A DNA stretch of 63,770 nt, filler included, from Folioceros fuciformis (GCA_049999805.1; 20 parts of 20 records of this genome joined end to end with filler, not necessarily neighbours in it); one strand, 5' to 3'; shown: positions 48,124 to 61,698, counted from the first letter of the whole stretch. Made by a program: numbers and translations. Notes: generated by a model not told the origin, from the letters alone.

Positions 48124-48595
48124 ATGGCTGGATGGGACGACGAAGAGGAACCCGGCATCAATTTTGACATGGAAAAAGAGAGACAACCTTAGATCAAATC
48201 CGATACAGACTCGGAAACTAAACAAACTGTGGTTCATAATTATGGTGACAGCTTCCAAGCGAAGGATAGATTCTACGGCAAAGACTATGACGTATGGCGT
48301 CTGAAAATGAAAGGAGCTTTGCGCAATTGGAACTTGTGGGAGATTGTCTATGAAGATGTGGAGTGCCATGTTCGGGAAATTGACGGCAAACGTACCTAGG
48401 ATGCCAAGGAAAAGAAGGCCCAAGACCTCCTCATCAATGCACTCACACAACACAATATAACGATACGACAAATCTCTGAGGGATATGTGGATCTCCAAGG
48501 ATATGTGGATCCGCTTTGCTCAATTATATTCCTCCAAGGATCATGTCATGAGCTTGCTAGCGGCTTCCCTCAATTTCTATAACCTCAAGATGAAG
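48124..48595 (+). mobile_element. Copia gag fragment
   Basis: KDRFYGKDYDVWRLKMKGALRNWNLWEIV resembles the gag at 42025. Confidence 0.75.
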
Positions 48596-48919
48596 TGTGA
48601 ACCTCCAAAGTTTTGGGTAGTAGTTTGTTTTGGTTGAAAAAGGGTTAATAGTGGTATGGTTTGGTTTTCTTTTTCAACTTATTTTCCCTAATTTTCCTTT
48701 ATTTTCTGGTCATTTTTCCTATTTTTATTTGTGCTAATTAGGTTAATTGACCAGGAAATAGTTGGTTTGGTTATAAGAGGGGGTATAGGTTTGGTCCCAG
48801 ACCTGGGAAGGTTTAGGTTCAGTACCAGGCCATAGGGTTGGGAAAGTTTGAGTCTAGGTCTGGTTATTAGTTTAATATTAATTAAAGATATATATTATTA
48901 AATAATTAAATAATAATAT
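48596..48919 (+). mobile_element. LTR terminus, type A
   Basis: TGTGAACCTCCAAAG start; interrupts the gag fragment. Confidence 0.85.
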
Positions 48920-49019
48920 NNNNNNNNNNNNNNNNNNNNNNNNNNNNNNNNNNNNNNNNNNNNTTAATTAATTAANNNNNNNNNNNNNNNNNNNNNNNNN
49001 NNNNNNNNNNNNNNNNNNN

Positions 49020-51371
49020 TGACCCACACACACACGCCCAGCGCTCGGACCTTACCAAGCCCCCTTACTTCTCCCCCAGACGACCCCTCAACCACACGGT
49101 CGCCCCAGGGGCTGCCCTTCGTTCCCCAATGGACTACTACCGTCACTTTTCGGGCTGCCCCCGTCGCCTGGCGGCCTACCGCTCATGGGTCCCACTCTCT
49201 CTCTCTCTCTCTCTCAGTTCCCTCTCTCTAGGATTTTCTCTCCCACTGGGTCGTTCCTACCCGACTGATTACCTCCTGCCCGCGTATCCCCTTTGGCGCT
49301 TCCCTTCCTTGGTTCACCACAAAATCGCCTCACTCACCTCAGAAACAAGCGCACGCACACATGAACAGCAGCCATCTGTTAGACGCCTTCCACCCGCGTG
49401 ATCTCACACCTTAGATACACCTCCTGCGGTCTCAATTCAGCTTCTTCACAGCCTCTCCAGTCTCATCGCGACCACTCACTCATAGACACCCCATCTCGTT
49501 GCACCCCACACACATTACCCACCTCGCCTCCGGGGTCTCCCCGGCTTTGTTCTCTCTTACCCCACTCACCAGTTCTCTGTATACATTCTGCCCATCTCAA
49601 CAGTCGTCGAATCACTTCCCCCCCGCTTCACTCCCTGCTCCACTCCTTCCGGCCTCCTTTTCGCATTCGCTCTTACCCACTACTCGGCCACTCGCTCCTC
49701 CTCCTTCTCACACACGCGCACTCCCGCGCTCTCCTTTCTCCGATTCTTCAGTCTTCTTTCTCAGCGATGCCCCCTCCTGGACTCCTATTAACGTTGAGAA
49801 ATGGTGAGGTACCGGAGCTAAGGGAAGAGGAGTCCCTTCCACTCCGCACTCGCGGATTCGGCCCCGACACCCTCACCACCCCACGTGACCACCTCGAGGA
49901 TAGCTGGGGAGCTTCTCTCCCACTCGGCGAGGCTCCTCCTCCCGATTCGTCCCCGGACTTGATCACGTAGCGCCCACCACCTACACTCGCACCCTTGGTT
50001 GCTACGTGCGCTCGCTTGCCTGGACCTCCTGTCCAGCAACGGCCATCGCTAGGTCCCTGCAAGGTCGACTGTTCGGCTGGTTCTTGCTGATTTCTTAGGC
50101 CTTCAAACCGACCTCTTGTACACGGTGATGGCGGTTTTTTTCCGCCATAAAGGCAGGGGAGCTGCGCTCTTAAATTCTGAGCGATTTAGGTCCAAATAAA
50201 GCACGCTAAAAAAATCCTATTCTAGCCTGCATTTACTATCGCCCTTTCCCAAGCCGCTGGGTGGTTCCTCCTGTCCTTCGCGTGTCACCCCTTGCTGCCC
50301 CTCCTCTCGCTCTTCTGCCCCTCCGTTGGTCCGGCAGATCCTCCCAGAGGATCTCCACATCACTGCTGCTGCTGCTGGACCTGGCTGGCGGCGCAGGTGG
50401 GTCCCGCTGCTGTGGTCCACCACTCCTCCTCCTTCTCTGGTTGTTGAGGACAGCCACAGGCCCCCGTTCTACTTAGCGCTGGGCCTACTCTTCCGTCAGT
50501 TCCTCCAGAACTGCCTCCGCATAGCAGTGGGGTAGTCTTGTCAACCACCAGCTGTAGTGGTAGAGTCCCAGGCGCGTCCTCAACTGTGACGTAGCCCCGC
50601 GTCCCTCCTGTGCTCATATGTACATATAGAAACAGCTTCAGAACTCTGGTCCTTTCTACATACAGGCCTGGCACATAGGAGGCCTCGTCCTCATACTGCA
50701 GCACAATCCAACCTTCTGTCATAACAGAGGTGCTTACCCCGTCCTCCCTTGGGCTACCTCGGGTTGCCTGCTCAACCCTCACGCCCTGCGCCGTCTGTCC
50801 CGTCGTCCTGGCGCTTTCTCCTTCTTCAGCCACTTCACGCTTCAAGTTACTCCCGCTCCCCGCGCTTTCGGATGCTCGACAAAGCTCCCCCTTTCTCTAG
50901 GGTTTTTATGCCTTGCCTGCTTTCTCTCCTTACCGCCCATCGGGCTACCACCAGTCCTCCCTACCTACAGACCTGGTCCTTAATGTTCTCAATGACCCGA
51001 GGGCCAAGGAGGCACTCGCTCATTCCCCTTCCTTGTCCAGGTCTCCAGTACACCCCAAACCCCGAAGCCCAAGAGGGACTTTGGGCATGAACACCCTGGT
51101 CTTATTTACCTACTAAGCCGATTCGCTTGTCCTTTCACAAAAAAAATCACAACCTGCTCATTCCGTCGCTCAAAATGGGAGTTTCAAAAGTTTTTTTTCG
51201 TTCACACTAGGCCCGAACAGATCCACCCTCTGGCCCGGCGTGGCTGCCTGCCTCTGCCCACGCTTGCTCGTGCTTGCCCGCGGTGCAGCCCCGCTGCCCC
51301 ATTCTGCCCGTGTCTGCCCGCCCTGCCTGTGCCAGCTCGCGGTACTGCACCGCTGCCCCATGTTGCCCGCG
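49020..51371 (-). mobile_element. Type B element with internally deleted accessory ORF
   Basis: Promoter-like ATAAAAACCCTAG (about 50897-50909) lies only about 150 nt from the C-terminal domain. Downstream part near-identical to 9250-10980. Confidence 0.8.
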
Positions 51372-51471
51372 NNNNNNNNNNNNNNNNNNNNNNNNNNNNN
51401 NNNNNNNNNNNNNNNTTAATTAATTAANNNNNNNNNNNNNNNNNNNNNNNNNNNNNNNNNNNNNNNNNNNN

Positions 51472-52285
51472 CATGCGTGGTACATAGACTCTGGAGCCTC
51501 GCAGCATATGACACCACATCACTCCTACTTCACCAGTCTGTAGCCAATGGAAGGTGAGAGATACGTATGCCTAGGGGATGACTCTACACATAAGATAGAA
51601 GGCCATGGAACCATAAAATTAGATCTGGAACCAGATCAACATCTGGAAATTCCAAATGTCTTATACGTACCAGGTCTAGCTAAAAACCTGGTATCGGTGA
51701 GAAAGATTGACGAATCTGGATGCTACATTTGCTTTGGTGGTAGGAGATGTGTAGTAGAAACACCAGGTGGTAAATTGATGGCCACAGGAGGTCTGCGTGC
51801 TGATGACCTCTACCACCTAAATGTGAAGAAGGATCATGTCACTGCTGCAACAAGCACAATGCACATGGTCAGGCCATCACTCACATATTTGTGGCACCTT
51901 AGGCTAGGACATTTAAACTTCCAAAAGCTAGTAAGAATGTACCAAAATAAACTTGTAGATGGCCTCAAATTGGATACCTTGTCCAATTTTGGAGTATGTG
52001 ATGCATGTGTTATTGGGAAGCATCAGCGCAGTGCATTCCCAATTGAACCAGCTGATAGAGCAACAAGAGTGCTCGAGCTGGTGCACAGTGATGTCTATGG
52101 GCCACTACCCACTTCTATTGGAGGCAAACTTTACTTCATTACCTTCATTGATGACTTCTCGAGGTTCACTGTTGTCTACTACATGCGGCTGAAGTCTTCT
52201 ACCTTGGAATGCTTAATGGAGTATAAGGCATGGGCAGAAAAACAGACTGAACAGACATTGCAAGCTCTCCAATCAGACAATGGGG
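51472..52285 (+). mobile_element. Copia protease/GAG-pre-integrase/integrase fragment
   Basis: WYIDSGASQHM, LWHLRLGHLN, CDAC, LVHSDV and FIDDFSR; cut at SDNG. Confidence 0.93.
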
Positions 52286-55119
52286 TGTTGAAATAGCGCC
52301 ACAGGCCTAGAAGGACTCCACAGTTCCTTACTTAAGGTGCACAGGATGCTACATATATAGCCTTCAGGCAGGGCAACCCTCGATAAGGTAAGCCTTAGTC
52401 TCGAGGGTGCAATATCCTAGTATATCCTGATATATCCTGATATATCTTGATAACACTTAGGTGATAGATAACTACGAGTTCAATATGGGATAATCTACAC
52501 TATCCTAAGTGTTGTATGCTCTTAATAACAATTCAGTTAGAGCTTGATTTCTAAAACTCATCCTCAAGCTCAGACTATTTGTAACACTCCAAGTAGTTCA
52601 CGAAAGTGTAAGAACTTATCTCTACCTAGCAACTTAGTAAAGATATCAGCTACCTGGTCTTCGGTCTTCACGTGCCGAAGATCTATCTCCTCAGATAATA
52701 CCGCTTCCCTGATGAAATGATAATGTACTTCTATGTGCTTTGAACGAGCATGAAACACAGGATTAGTAGCCAACCTCATGCTACTCATGTTGTCACAGTA
52801 GATTGTAACCTTGCTGTTCACTATATTTCCAAGATCATTTAGCAACTTCTGCAACCAAGCTGCTTCACATGCTGCCATTGCAGCTCCTCGATACTCTGCT
52901 TCTGTGCTTGACAAAGCAACTGTCGGTTGTTTCTTGCTTTGCCAGCTGATCATACTACTTACCAGACTGAATGCATATCCACTGGTTGATCTTCTGTCAT
53001 ACGCACACTCAGCCCAATCAGCATCTGTATATCCTGTCAGTTCAAGATGCTTCCTATGCTCATAGAGCAATCCAAACTTTGTAGTTCCTTTCACATATCT
53101 CATGATTCTTCTAATTGCATCCAAGTGCGGTTTCCTTGGGTTCTGTATGAATTGACTAATCAATCCCACTGCATAACTTAAGTCAGGACGTGTGATAGTC
53201 AAGTAGATCAAACTTCCGACCATCTGTCGATACATAGTCACATTTTCCAGCTCAGCTCCTACATCCATTTGCAGCTTGACGTTCTGCTCCAATGGTGTAT
53301 CCATCGCTTTGCAATCTGCCATGCCATACTTCTGCAACATATCCTTAGCATATTGTTTTTGGAATAGCCAGATTCCTGGAGGTGTAGACACAACCTCAAT
53401 TCCTAAGAAGTATCTGAGTTCACCAAGATTCTTCACCTTGAACTCTTTTTGCAGATTCGCCTTGACATCTGCAATACCATCTGCATCATCTCCTGTGATG
53501 ATCAAGTCGTCAACATAAACGACAAGACACACTTGTCCTACCTTGGTCTATTTTACAAACAGACTGTGATCTGCATCTCCTATCACAAACCCTCGCTCCT
53601 TCAAATAGCTTGTGATACGAGCATTCCATGCTCTAGGTGCCTGTTTGAGTCCATACAATGCCTTCTTGAGTTTGCAGACGTATGTTGGAAACTTAGGATG
53701 AACATAGCCTTCAGGCTGTTCCACGTACACTTCCTCCTGCAACTCACCATTCAAGAAGGCATTCTTGACATCCATTTGCCATAACTTCCATCCTTTAGCT
53801 GCTGCTAATGCTATGACTGTCCTTACAGTTGTCATCTTGGCTACTGGACTAAAGGTTTTCTCATAATCAAGACCATACTGTTGTGCATATCCCTTTGCAA
53901 CCAACCTGGCCTTGTAACGCTCCAGCGTTCCATCTGACTTGAACTTCAGCTTGTACACCCACTTAGAACCAATAGGAACCTTGCCATCAGGCAATTGAAC
54001 CAAATCCCACGTTCCGTTCTCAACTAATGCTAAGTATTCTTCATCCATGGCTTGACACCACTTATCATCTGTCACTGCCTCAACAAACTTGGTTGGCTCC
54101 TTACAAGCTGTGACCCTTGTCATATGCGCATAATGTTGCACATTGTAGCTTGTATAGGTGTACCTGTCAATGGGTTTCCTAACCCTCTCAGATCTCCTTG
54201 GTCTTGGTTCATTTTGAACCTACCTTGCATATTGTTGCTCCTTAGCACCTAGCGTTTCCACAGACGGAATGCCAAACTCACTGTCAATGCTCTCACTAGT
54301 TGAGGATTCATATCCCTCATTTCCAGTTTTGCTGCTTTCTACTCTCCCCCTCACTGACATATCCGGGTCAGTGGTCTTCGGTTTACTCTTCCGCAGTCTT
54401 CCAGACCATGGATTCACCGTTGGTGATCCACCATTGGTCACATCCTCACTCTTTGCTGGAGTACTCTTAACAGTACTCTCCCCTGTGGGTTCGTCATAGG
54501 GTAGTGCAACTGAGTTGCTATACCAGGAGGCTAACTCATCAAATACCACATCCCTGCTTATCAGGATCTCATGTGTGGATGGCACATAACACTTATATGC
54601 TTTCCTATTTCGTGCATACCCTAGAAAAACACTCTTCACTGCTTTAGGATCCAACTTCCTACGCTTCTCATCAGGTACATGCACATATGCAATGCACCCA
54701 AACACTTTCAAGTGCCTAATATCCGGCTTATAGCCATACAGTCTCTCAATTGGTGTAGCATCATGAATTCCTGCCGTAGGAGTTCGATTCAGTACATACA
54801 CTGTTGTCATCACTGCTTCTGCCCAATAATTATTAGGTAAGCACTTCTCATTCAGCATTGCCCTTGCTGTTTCCATGACTACCCTGTTCTTCCTCTCTGC
54901 AATACCATTCTACTGTGGTGTGTATCTGCAAGTCAGCTGTCTTCATATACCATGATCTGCAAGATACCTGTCAAACTCATTTGAGACATATTCTCCCCCT
55001 CCATCTGATCTTAGACAAGAGATGGAGCAGCTGAATTCATTTTCAGCATGCTTTTTGAAGTCCTTGAAAGATTCGAACACTTCATCCTTATGCTTCAGTA
55101 TGTACAGCCACGTGTACCT
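52286..55119 (-). mobile_element. Ty1/copia integrase-RT-RNase H and 3' LTR (about 52286-52556)
   Basis: RSDGGGEY, RYKARLVAKG, LYGLKQAPR, YVDDL and RSKHIEVHYHF, then a purine tract and LTR. Inserted into the preceding copia. Confidence 0.95.
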
Positions 55120-55219
55120 NNNNNNNNNNNNNNNNNNNNNNNNNNNNNNNNNNNNNNNNNNNNTTAATTAATTAANNNNNNNNNNNNNNNNNNNNNNNNN
55201 NNNNNNNNNNNNNNNNNNN

Positions 55220-56576
55220 TTGGAGCCAGGCAGGTGGCTGGGTTGATCGGTTAGCAGGGGTGGTTGTAGGCGAATCCAGGCAGCACAAGTGCTCGGCAGA
55301 CGGCCAGGTCCGAAGGCAGGTGATGGCAAAGAGCTCTGATAGCGCTGTGGAGGGGTGCTGAATCGAGGCAGTGCGAAGCGGGGGCTGGTGTCCAGCGAAG
55401 AATACGGGCCCCATGGTAGCGATGTGTGCAATCGGATGGGGGGGGCCGTATGCATCAGTGAGACGCGCCTTCAACCATCAGCGGTTCGGGCACCATGCAG
55501 TTCTCAGACACAGTGCAGAGATACTTTCCGGATCTGGAGAATAAGCAGCAATGGAATTGTTGACCGGTGTGGTGTTCCTGGTGCCCTCACAGAAGGAGGG
55601 GAAGCAGCTTGGGGATTGTGGGGTTGGTTCATTGCACTAGTGAGCATTTTTTGGATCATCCTAGTGCACTGGAAATTGTTCCTGTTAGCTTGCAGTCGAG
55701 GGGGAAGCCAATAGGGGGTGTTCTGAGTGACACCCCAAGGATGACAGGCCTTCCTAACAATTTGAGGGAATGGAGCATTCCACCCTGTGATCCTACGGAT
55801 TGGGGAGAAGGATTGGTCAATTTTGAAGATGTGACCACAGTACTAGAAGAAGGGGAGGTCCAAGGGGTCTGAGGGAGTTAAGAGTAGTGTTGAGAAGCAC
55901 TCCGGATTTTTGCTAGTTGTGAGAGGCTAACAATTTTGGATAGAGGGCAACCAGCGGTGTCCAAGGGGGTAACGGGCAATTAGGTGCAGGGGTAGGAGTT
56001 AGGCTTGGGTTAGGTTGGGATCAGAACTAGGTCTGACTATGTTTAGGTCTGTTTAGCTTTAGGTCAGACTTGGCTTAGGTTTAGGTTAGACTTAGGTTAG
56101 GTTTAGGTCAGAACTAGGTGTAGGTCAGAGTTAGGTGCGGCTTAGGTCAGAGAGAGACTGTTAGGTGGTTGATTGAGGTTAACCCTAGTAGACAGAGATG
56201 GAGAGGGTTGGGTGAAGGCAATATAAGAGGGCAGACCTGCCATTGAGGAGGGGGTAGTTTACGATGTGATTTCCCTTGGCCTTGGGTGCAGACTCCCGGC
56301 TTAGAGTGCTGAGCCGGTTGAGATTGAACCAAGGACTTGATTCTTCTTGCTACTAGGGGAACGTGGTGGATCCCAAGATTGCTGAGATCTGTGTGGCCGG
56401 ATCCGTAACAGTTGAACATTTTGCAGGCCGGCTGAGGTGAAGTGACAGGGCCGTGAGCCAGAAGGGCTATCCAGTCCTAGTCCCTATCTCCTTGCTTGTA
56501 GACTGCGAGAGGCAAGGCTGTTGTGTCCCAAATCCTAGGGTTGAATTGAAGAGAAGTGTGACGCTAGAAGTGTCAT
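55220..56576 (+). mobile_element. Type D-like LTR interior (TTAGG array, TATA, conserved downstream block)
   Basis: Array at about 55980-56147, TATAAGAG at 56222; homologous to about 62200-62800. Confidence 0.75.
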
Positions 56577-56871
56577 CGCTACACTTGTAGCCTTGAGAAA
56601 GCATAAATGAGTGGAACTTGTAATACCACTCCTTGGGTGCCTGTTTCAAACCATAAAGGCTCTTCTTTAACCTGCACACCATATTCTCTTTGCCCTTCTC
56701 AATAAAACCCTCTAGTTGCTGCATGTATACCTCTTCCTGGAGATCACCATGCAGAGATGCCGACTTCACATCCATCTGGACAAGTTCCATGTCATTCCTC
56801 GCAACTAGAGCAAGAACACATCGCAAGGTGGTCATTTTGACAACTGGTGAGAAAATCTCATCAAAGTCAAT
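56577..56871 (-). mobile_element. Copia RT fragment
   Basis: FSPVVKMTT, QMDVKSA and LYGLKQAP. Confidence 0.9.
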
Positions 56872-57681
56872 TGTGAACCTCCAAAGTTTGGGGTAGCAGT
56901 TTGTTTTGGTTGAAAAAGGGTTAATAGTGGTATGGTTTGGTTTTCTTTTTCTACTTCTTTCTCCTATTTTTTATTATTTTCTGGTCAGTTTTCCTATTTT
57001 TCTTTGTGCTAATTAGGTCAATTGACTAGGAAATAATTGGTTTGGTTATTAAAGTGGGTGCAGGTCTGGTCCCAGACCTGGGAAAGTTTAGGTCTGGTAC
57101 CAGGCCATAGGGTTGGAAAAGTTTGAGTCTAGGTCTGGTGATTAGTTTAATATTAATTAAAGATATATAATATTAAATGATTAAATAATATAGAATAAAT
57201 ATAAAATAATAAAATAATGGTCTGAACATAGGAACGGGAATATGTGGCGTATGTCAGTGTCAGGGGCCAGGGTCTGATGTCAGGCTGGTTGATTGCCTGG
57301 CTGGCCTGAACGGTCATGGAGGCCGTGCCCTAGCTAGGGCTAGAGGCAGGGGTTGCGGCTGCCCCCATCCCCCTCCCCCTTTCTCCCTTTCTCCCTTCCT
57401 CTTCCATTCCCTTCTTGTCCCGCTTCCTCTTCTTCCCCTTCCCTCTCCATCTCTTTGTCCTGCTTCTTCTTTTGGATCCACATTGCAGGTAGACCGGGTG
57501 ATGGGACTGAGGGCAAGCACAGAAGGAGCATGAGGCGAGCTGGAGGATTTGGCTGATGCAGGGCTAGGCCTGCCTCCATCTTCTCCCTGATTTCTTTCCC
57601 GTTCCCCTCCTACCCTGTCCCGATTTCCTCCCCAATCTACAGCCCCGCTGCTAGATCTGCCTTGCTCCCGCTGCTGTCTTG
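56872..57681 (+). mobile_element. LTR terminus, type A (longest copy)
   Basis: TGTGAACCTCCAAAG start, AT-rich block, then pyrimidine-rich tract. Confidence 0.85.
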
Positions 57682-57961
57682 NNNNNNNNNNNNNNNNNNN
57701 NNNNNNNNNNNNNNNNNNNNNNNNNTTAATTAATTAANNNNNNNNNNNNNNNNNNNNNNNNNNNNNNNNNNNNNNNNNNNNCTCTGGTCCTACAAATTTT
57801 GCCAGGTACAACAACCAGCCACACTTGGCGGCAAGGGAGTCCATCTCACATCGGCTGTTTGTGCAGGGTATTGAAGATATCCATTTGCTTTCTGTCCAGG
57901 CGACAGAAAGCTACAACTCCTCGGCAGAGAGTGAATGGATAGCTTCAACGCCTGGTACCAA

Positions 57962-59119
57962 GCTCTAATACCATGTCGTTTATGAACAGCGATTAGGATT
58001 GCATTAAGCGCACGACCGTGCTAGGAAAGATACACGACGCTAGAGTGCAAACAAGTGAACTAGCATTCAAGCGACGTTCGCGTGGTGCTCACGAGACATG
58101 GCAGTTACTAACGACTAACCGTCGTTCGTAGCTCTAGGATAGAATATGTATATATATATTTAAATTTAACCTAACTACATTGAAGCTTGTGGGAAATTGC
58201 TAATAGACTGTTGGGCATTTGCGGATATTGCTAGAGCAGTGAAGACACCTGGGGGACAGACCTGTGAGGAATAGGTGTACACTAGAGTTCTGGTGTGTTT
58301 TGCATGTGTGGAGAGTGTTGCATGTGCGTGTGGGGGGGAGTGTGGCTGATCTGTGGGGACTTGTTTCCCGAGGGTTGGCATGTGCATGTGTGAGGAGCAC
58401 TTAATAAGATCCGACTTGGCAGTCGGGAAGCCCATGGGCAAAAACCCGTGATGGAAACCCGCAGCGACACATGTGCTGGAAACTATTAGTTAGGGTTTTG
58501 GGTGGGACCCACCACGGTCGTGGAGACCAATGTCAGTCGTGGGACCAGTGACCGCGGTCGTAGAGTAGGGACCAGAGTCTTAGAGTAGGGTCCGCAGTAG
58601 TTAGGCTAACTGGGGGTAGTGGTAGGAAGCTAGCACGTAGTAGAAGCAGTAGTGGATGAGGTCCTGAGCTAGGTCAGAGTCGGTAGTAGAAGAAACTTAT
58701 GTTACTTGGTACAAATCATTCTCTTGGGAGCGAATCTCATGGCTACAACAACATAGAGGGTTTGTGTGGGCCTCGCGATGCCCTCAGACACAACATTTCA
58801 CTCCACAATCGGATCACATGATCTTGCACATTGCGCACACGTACACGTCAACCGGATTTCTAATTAGATAATACAAGCTTACAACTACAACGGACAGCAC
58901 TTAGCTAGGCTTTTATGCCTGCTACTCAAGACCTGCTGCAGCCACATCCACACATCTAGTTGTGTGTCTATCTAGTTGACTTTCTATTATATTATATTTT
59001 CTAATAATCTTCAATAAATAGTTATTAATTACCAATAACACTATTTATTAGCATCACTTAATTATTAACTAATTCCTATTTGCATGCATGTAAGTGACAA
59101 CACACAATCATGCTTGACA
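57962..59119 (-). mobile_element. Copia-type 5' LTR and PBS, with a nested gypsy LTR piece (about 58188-58807)
   Basis: GCTCTAATACCA at 57962-57973. LTR start TGTCAAGCATGATT resembles the LTR at 14926. The nested piece ends ...CACTCCACA with the shared 3' motif. Confidence 0.65.
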
Positions 59120-59360
59120 TGATTCCGCATAATCCTCAACAAAATGGAGTGGTAGAGTGCAAAATACCAAGCCTTGTTGAAGCTGCTAAGTACATGCTCC
59201 ATCATGATGACTTGCCCGTATGTTTTTGGGAGAGGCTGTTATGATAGCCACCTATGTGTTAAACATAGTTATGGTCTGGTATCAAGCCTAACCTTAGTCA
59301 TTTACGAATATTTGGTTTTTCGGTTTATGCTCTTGTTCCAAAGGCTAACTAGACCAACTT
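59120..59360 (+). mobile_element. Degraded copia integrase fragment
   Basis: PHNPQQNGVVE...LVEAAKYML. A further PBS-like TGGTATCAGA lies at 59751. Confidence 0.65.
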
Positions 59361-59995
59361 AGGGATCCACGAATTAGGGGTCCCTGTTAGCCTTCCTAAC
59401 TTCATCTGCAAATTTGTGGATGTAGCTTTGACGAAGGATTTAGCACACATTGAGGACCTTCATCAGCTTGGGGACCCACAAGAGGCCTATAGCTATTGAA
59501 ATGACTTCATTAGAATGTTGCTTATACCAACTAGGGTTAGGGCATGTTTTATATTTTTAATTTTAAATATGAATGCACCTTGTGAAAGGGTGCACCCATT
59601 GGTGGTAGTTACAGCCCTAACTTTGGTAGTTATTATTTAAAACTTATTTTCTTTTATTGTTGTTGTACTTTATGAATTATTCAATATAGAATGTATATGT
59701 TTAGGGTTGTTTAGGGTAATGTTTGATTATAGCAATTCCTAAAATTAAAATGGTATCAGATCATGTTGCCATAATCTGGAATTGGGATAATGCAAATTAC
59801 ATTGAATTTATTCTAAAAAACATGCATTTTTAATTTTATATCAATTTAAAAATACTTTCTATTTTATTAGAAATAGATTGTAAATAGAAAATATANNNNN
59901 NNNNNNNNNNNNNNNNNNNNNNNNNNNNNNNNNNNNNNNTTAATTAATTAANNNNNNNNNNNNNNNNNNNNNNNNNNNNNNNNNNNNNNNNNNNN

Positions 59996-60918
59996 GCTCG
60001 GCTCTTCCATTCATTTCAGAATGATAGGGGATCGTTAGTTGCTTTATTATGCCCCTATCCTCGAAGAACTCTTGAAAAGCATGAGACAAGTACTACTTGG
60101 CATTATCTCACCTAATGCACTTGAGCTGTCTGCTTGTTTGCCTCTCAGCGTATGCCAAGTATTTTTTTAAACAGTCGAAGACTTCACTTTTATGCTTCGG
60201 CAGAGATGTAAAAGTGAAATGAGTTCTGTCATCCTCGAAGACTACAAAGTATCTTGCTCCTCCCCAAGAGGGAGAGGACATTGGTCCACATATGTCGGAG
60301 TGAACCAGGTCAAGAGTCTTAGTAACCTTACGAGGTTTCCCACTTCCAAAGTAGGACTTGGACCGCTTTCCATGGATACAGGCAACACACAACTCCAGGT
60401 CAGGAAGTTCTGATTCTAAAATACTAGTGACCATTTTTTCCCTAAGTAGACGTCTCATTGCCTTTATGTGTGGATGACCTAATCTACAGTGCCACAGATA
60501 GGTTTGGTTAACAGGTGCCTTTGCGTCTGCTACATGTGTTGTAGGTTTAGAGGACTCTAGAAAGAAATCTAGAAGATAAAGATCATAAAGAGGTCTACCA
60601 CAGACTATAACGGTGGATGGAGACTCAACTGAAGAAATGGCACACTCTACACCCTTGAAGGTAATCTTATACAAACCTGTCTTTCCCAAAGACATTGTGC
60701 TAACGAGATTTTTTGTGAGTAGGGGGACATGCAAGGTATTTGCTAACTCAAAGGATGACCCATTCTGCAGGGTTACTACTACTGTCCCGGAACCATGGAT
60801 TGGCAACTGTGAGTTATCACCTAGAACCTCTACATGATCATGACCAGAGGGAGTTGGGGTGTATGTAACAAAAGCTCTTCTCATGGAACACATGTGGTTG
60901 GAAGCACCACTATCCAAG
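59996..60918 (-). mobile_element. Copia protease/integrase fragment
   Basis: LDSGASNHM, LWHCRLGHP, CVAC and LVHSDICGP. Confidence 0.93.
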
Positions 60919-61698
60919 TGTGGAGGCAAAACCCCAGGCACTGATTGCCAACGGGTTCCACCTTTAGTGGCCACACTTATCCCACTGTCTTTGAGACATT
61001 GGGTTTCGTTCCCACGAAGGAGCGATGGGGTTCCTTGCTGTTGTGGATGGAGGGTCGGACTTAATCGACTCGATGATGGATTCGAGGGCTCCCCTCCAGC
61101 TCCGATCAGGCGTAGGACAGGCCTCGCTGTCCGGCGGTCAGCTGCACCTCTCTCGGTGCCCACAAACTCACTCTAGTCACTACAACGACCCTAACCTCTT
61201 AGATCTGCGACTTCCCTCACTCACTCTCTCACTCCAGCACCAACACCAGCAACTAACAATGACACCACTACCTTCTACACTTCCCTACTGACTTCTCCTA
61301 CCCGGCAAGAGTCACTAGACTAACCCCAAAGAAAAGAAAGAAGGGAACACACTCCCCTCTTGGATATCTCCCCCCCACAACCTTACCTGAGGCCATGAGA
61401 CATGGCCGGCCTACAGCACTTGTCCAAACAAGGAACAAGAGTGGACAGGTCGAGAGAAAGACACATCCTTTACAATCAAGAGCTAGGGGCAAGCCCCTTC
61501 ACCCTGGTCATTACACCTTGTGATCCTACTAGACACTATACAACCGGCAACACGCTGCCCGCGATCCTACCAGACATTGTACAGCCGGCAACACGCTGCC
61601 TGCGATCCTACTAGACACTGGCAAGCCGGCAACACGCGGCTTGCGATCCTTCCAGACTTTGCACAGCCGGCAACACACTGCAGGTCCTAAACCAAGCA
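60919..61698 (-). mobile_element. LTR 3' end, type C, with four 41-bp tandem units
   Basis: Same terminus as 39731. Units GATCCTAC...CCGGCAACACGCTGCCYGC at about 61522-61683. Confidence 0.88.

Noticed and set aside
58188-58807. Complete solo LTR TGTGG...CCACA
   Set aside because: Flanks AAGCT and ATCGG do not form a target-site duplication, so the left boundary is unsupported.
60108-61163. 351-aa ORF fusing LTR sequence to copia protease/integrase
   Set aside because: Chance in-frame junction at the 60918/60919 insertion site, with a non-ATG start.
61522-61683. CRISPR-like repeat/spacer appearance
   Set aside because: Units are homologous over their whole length with no unique spacers, no cas genes are present, and the array lies inside an LTR.
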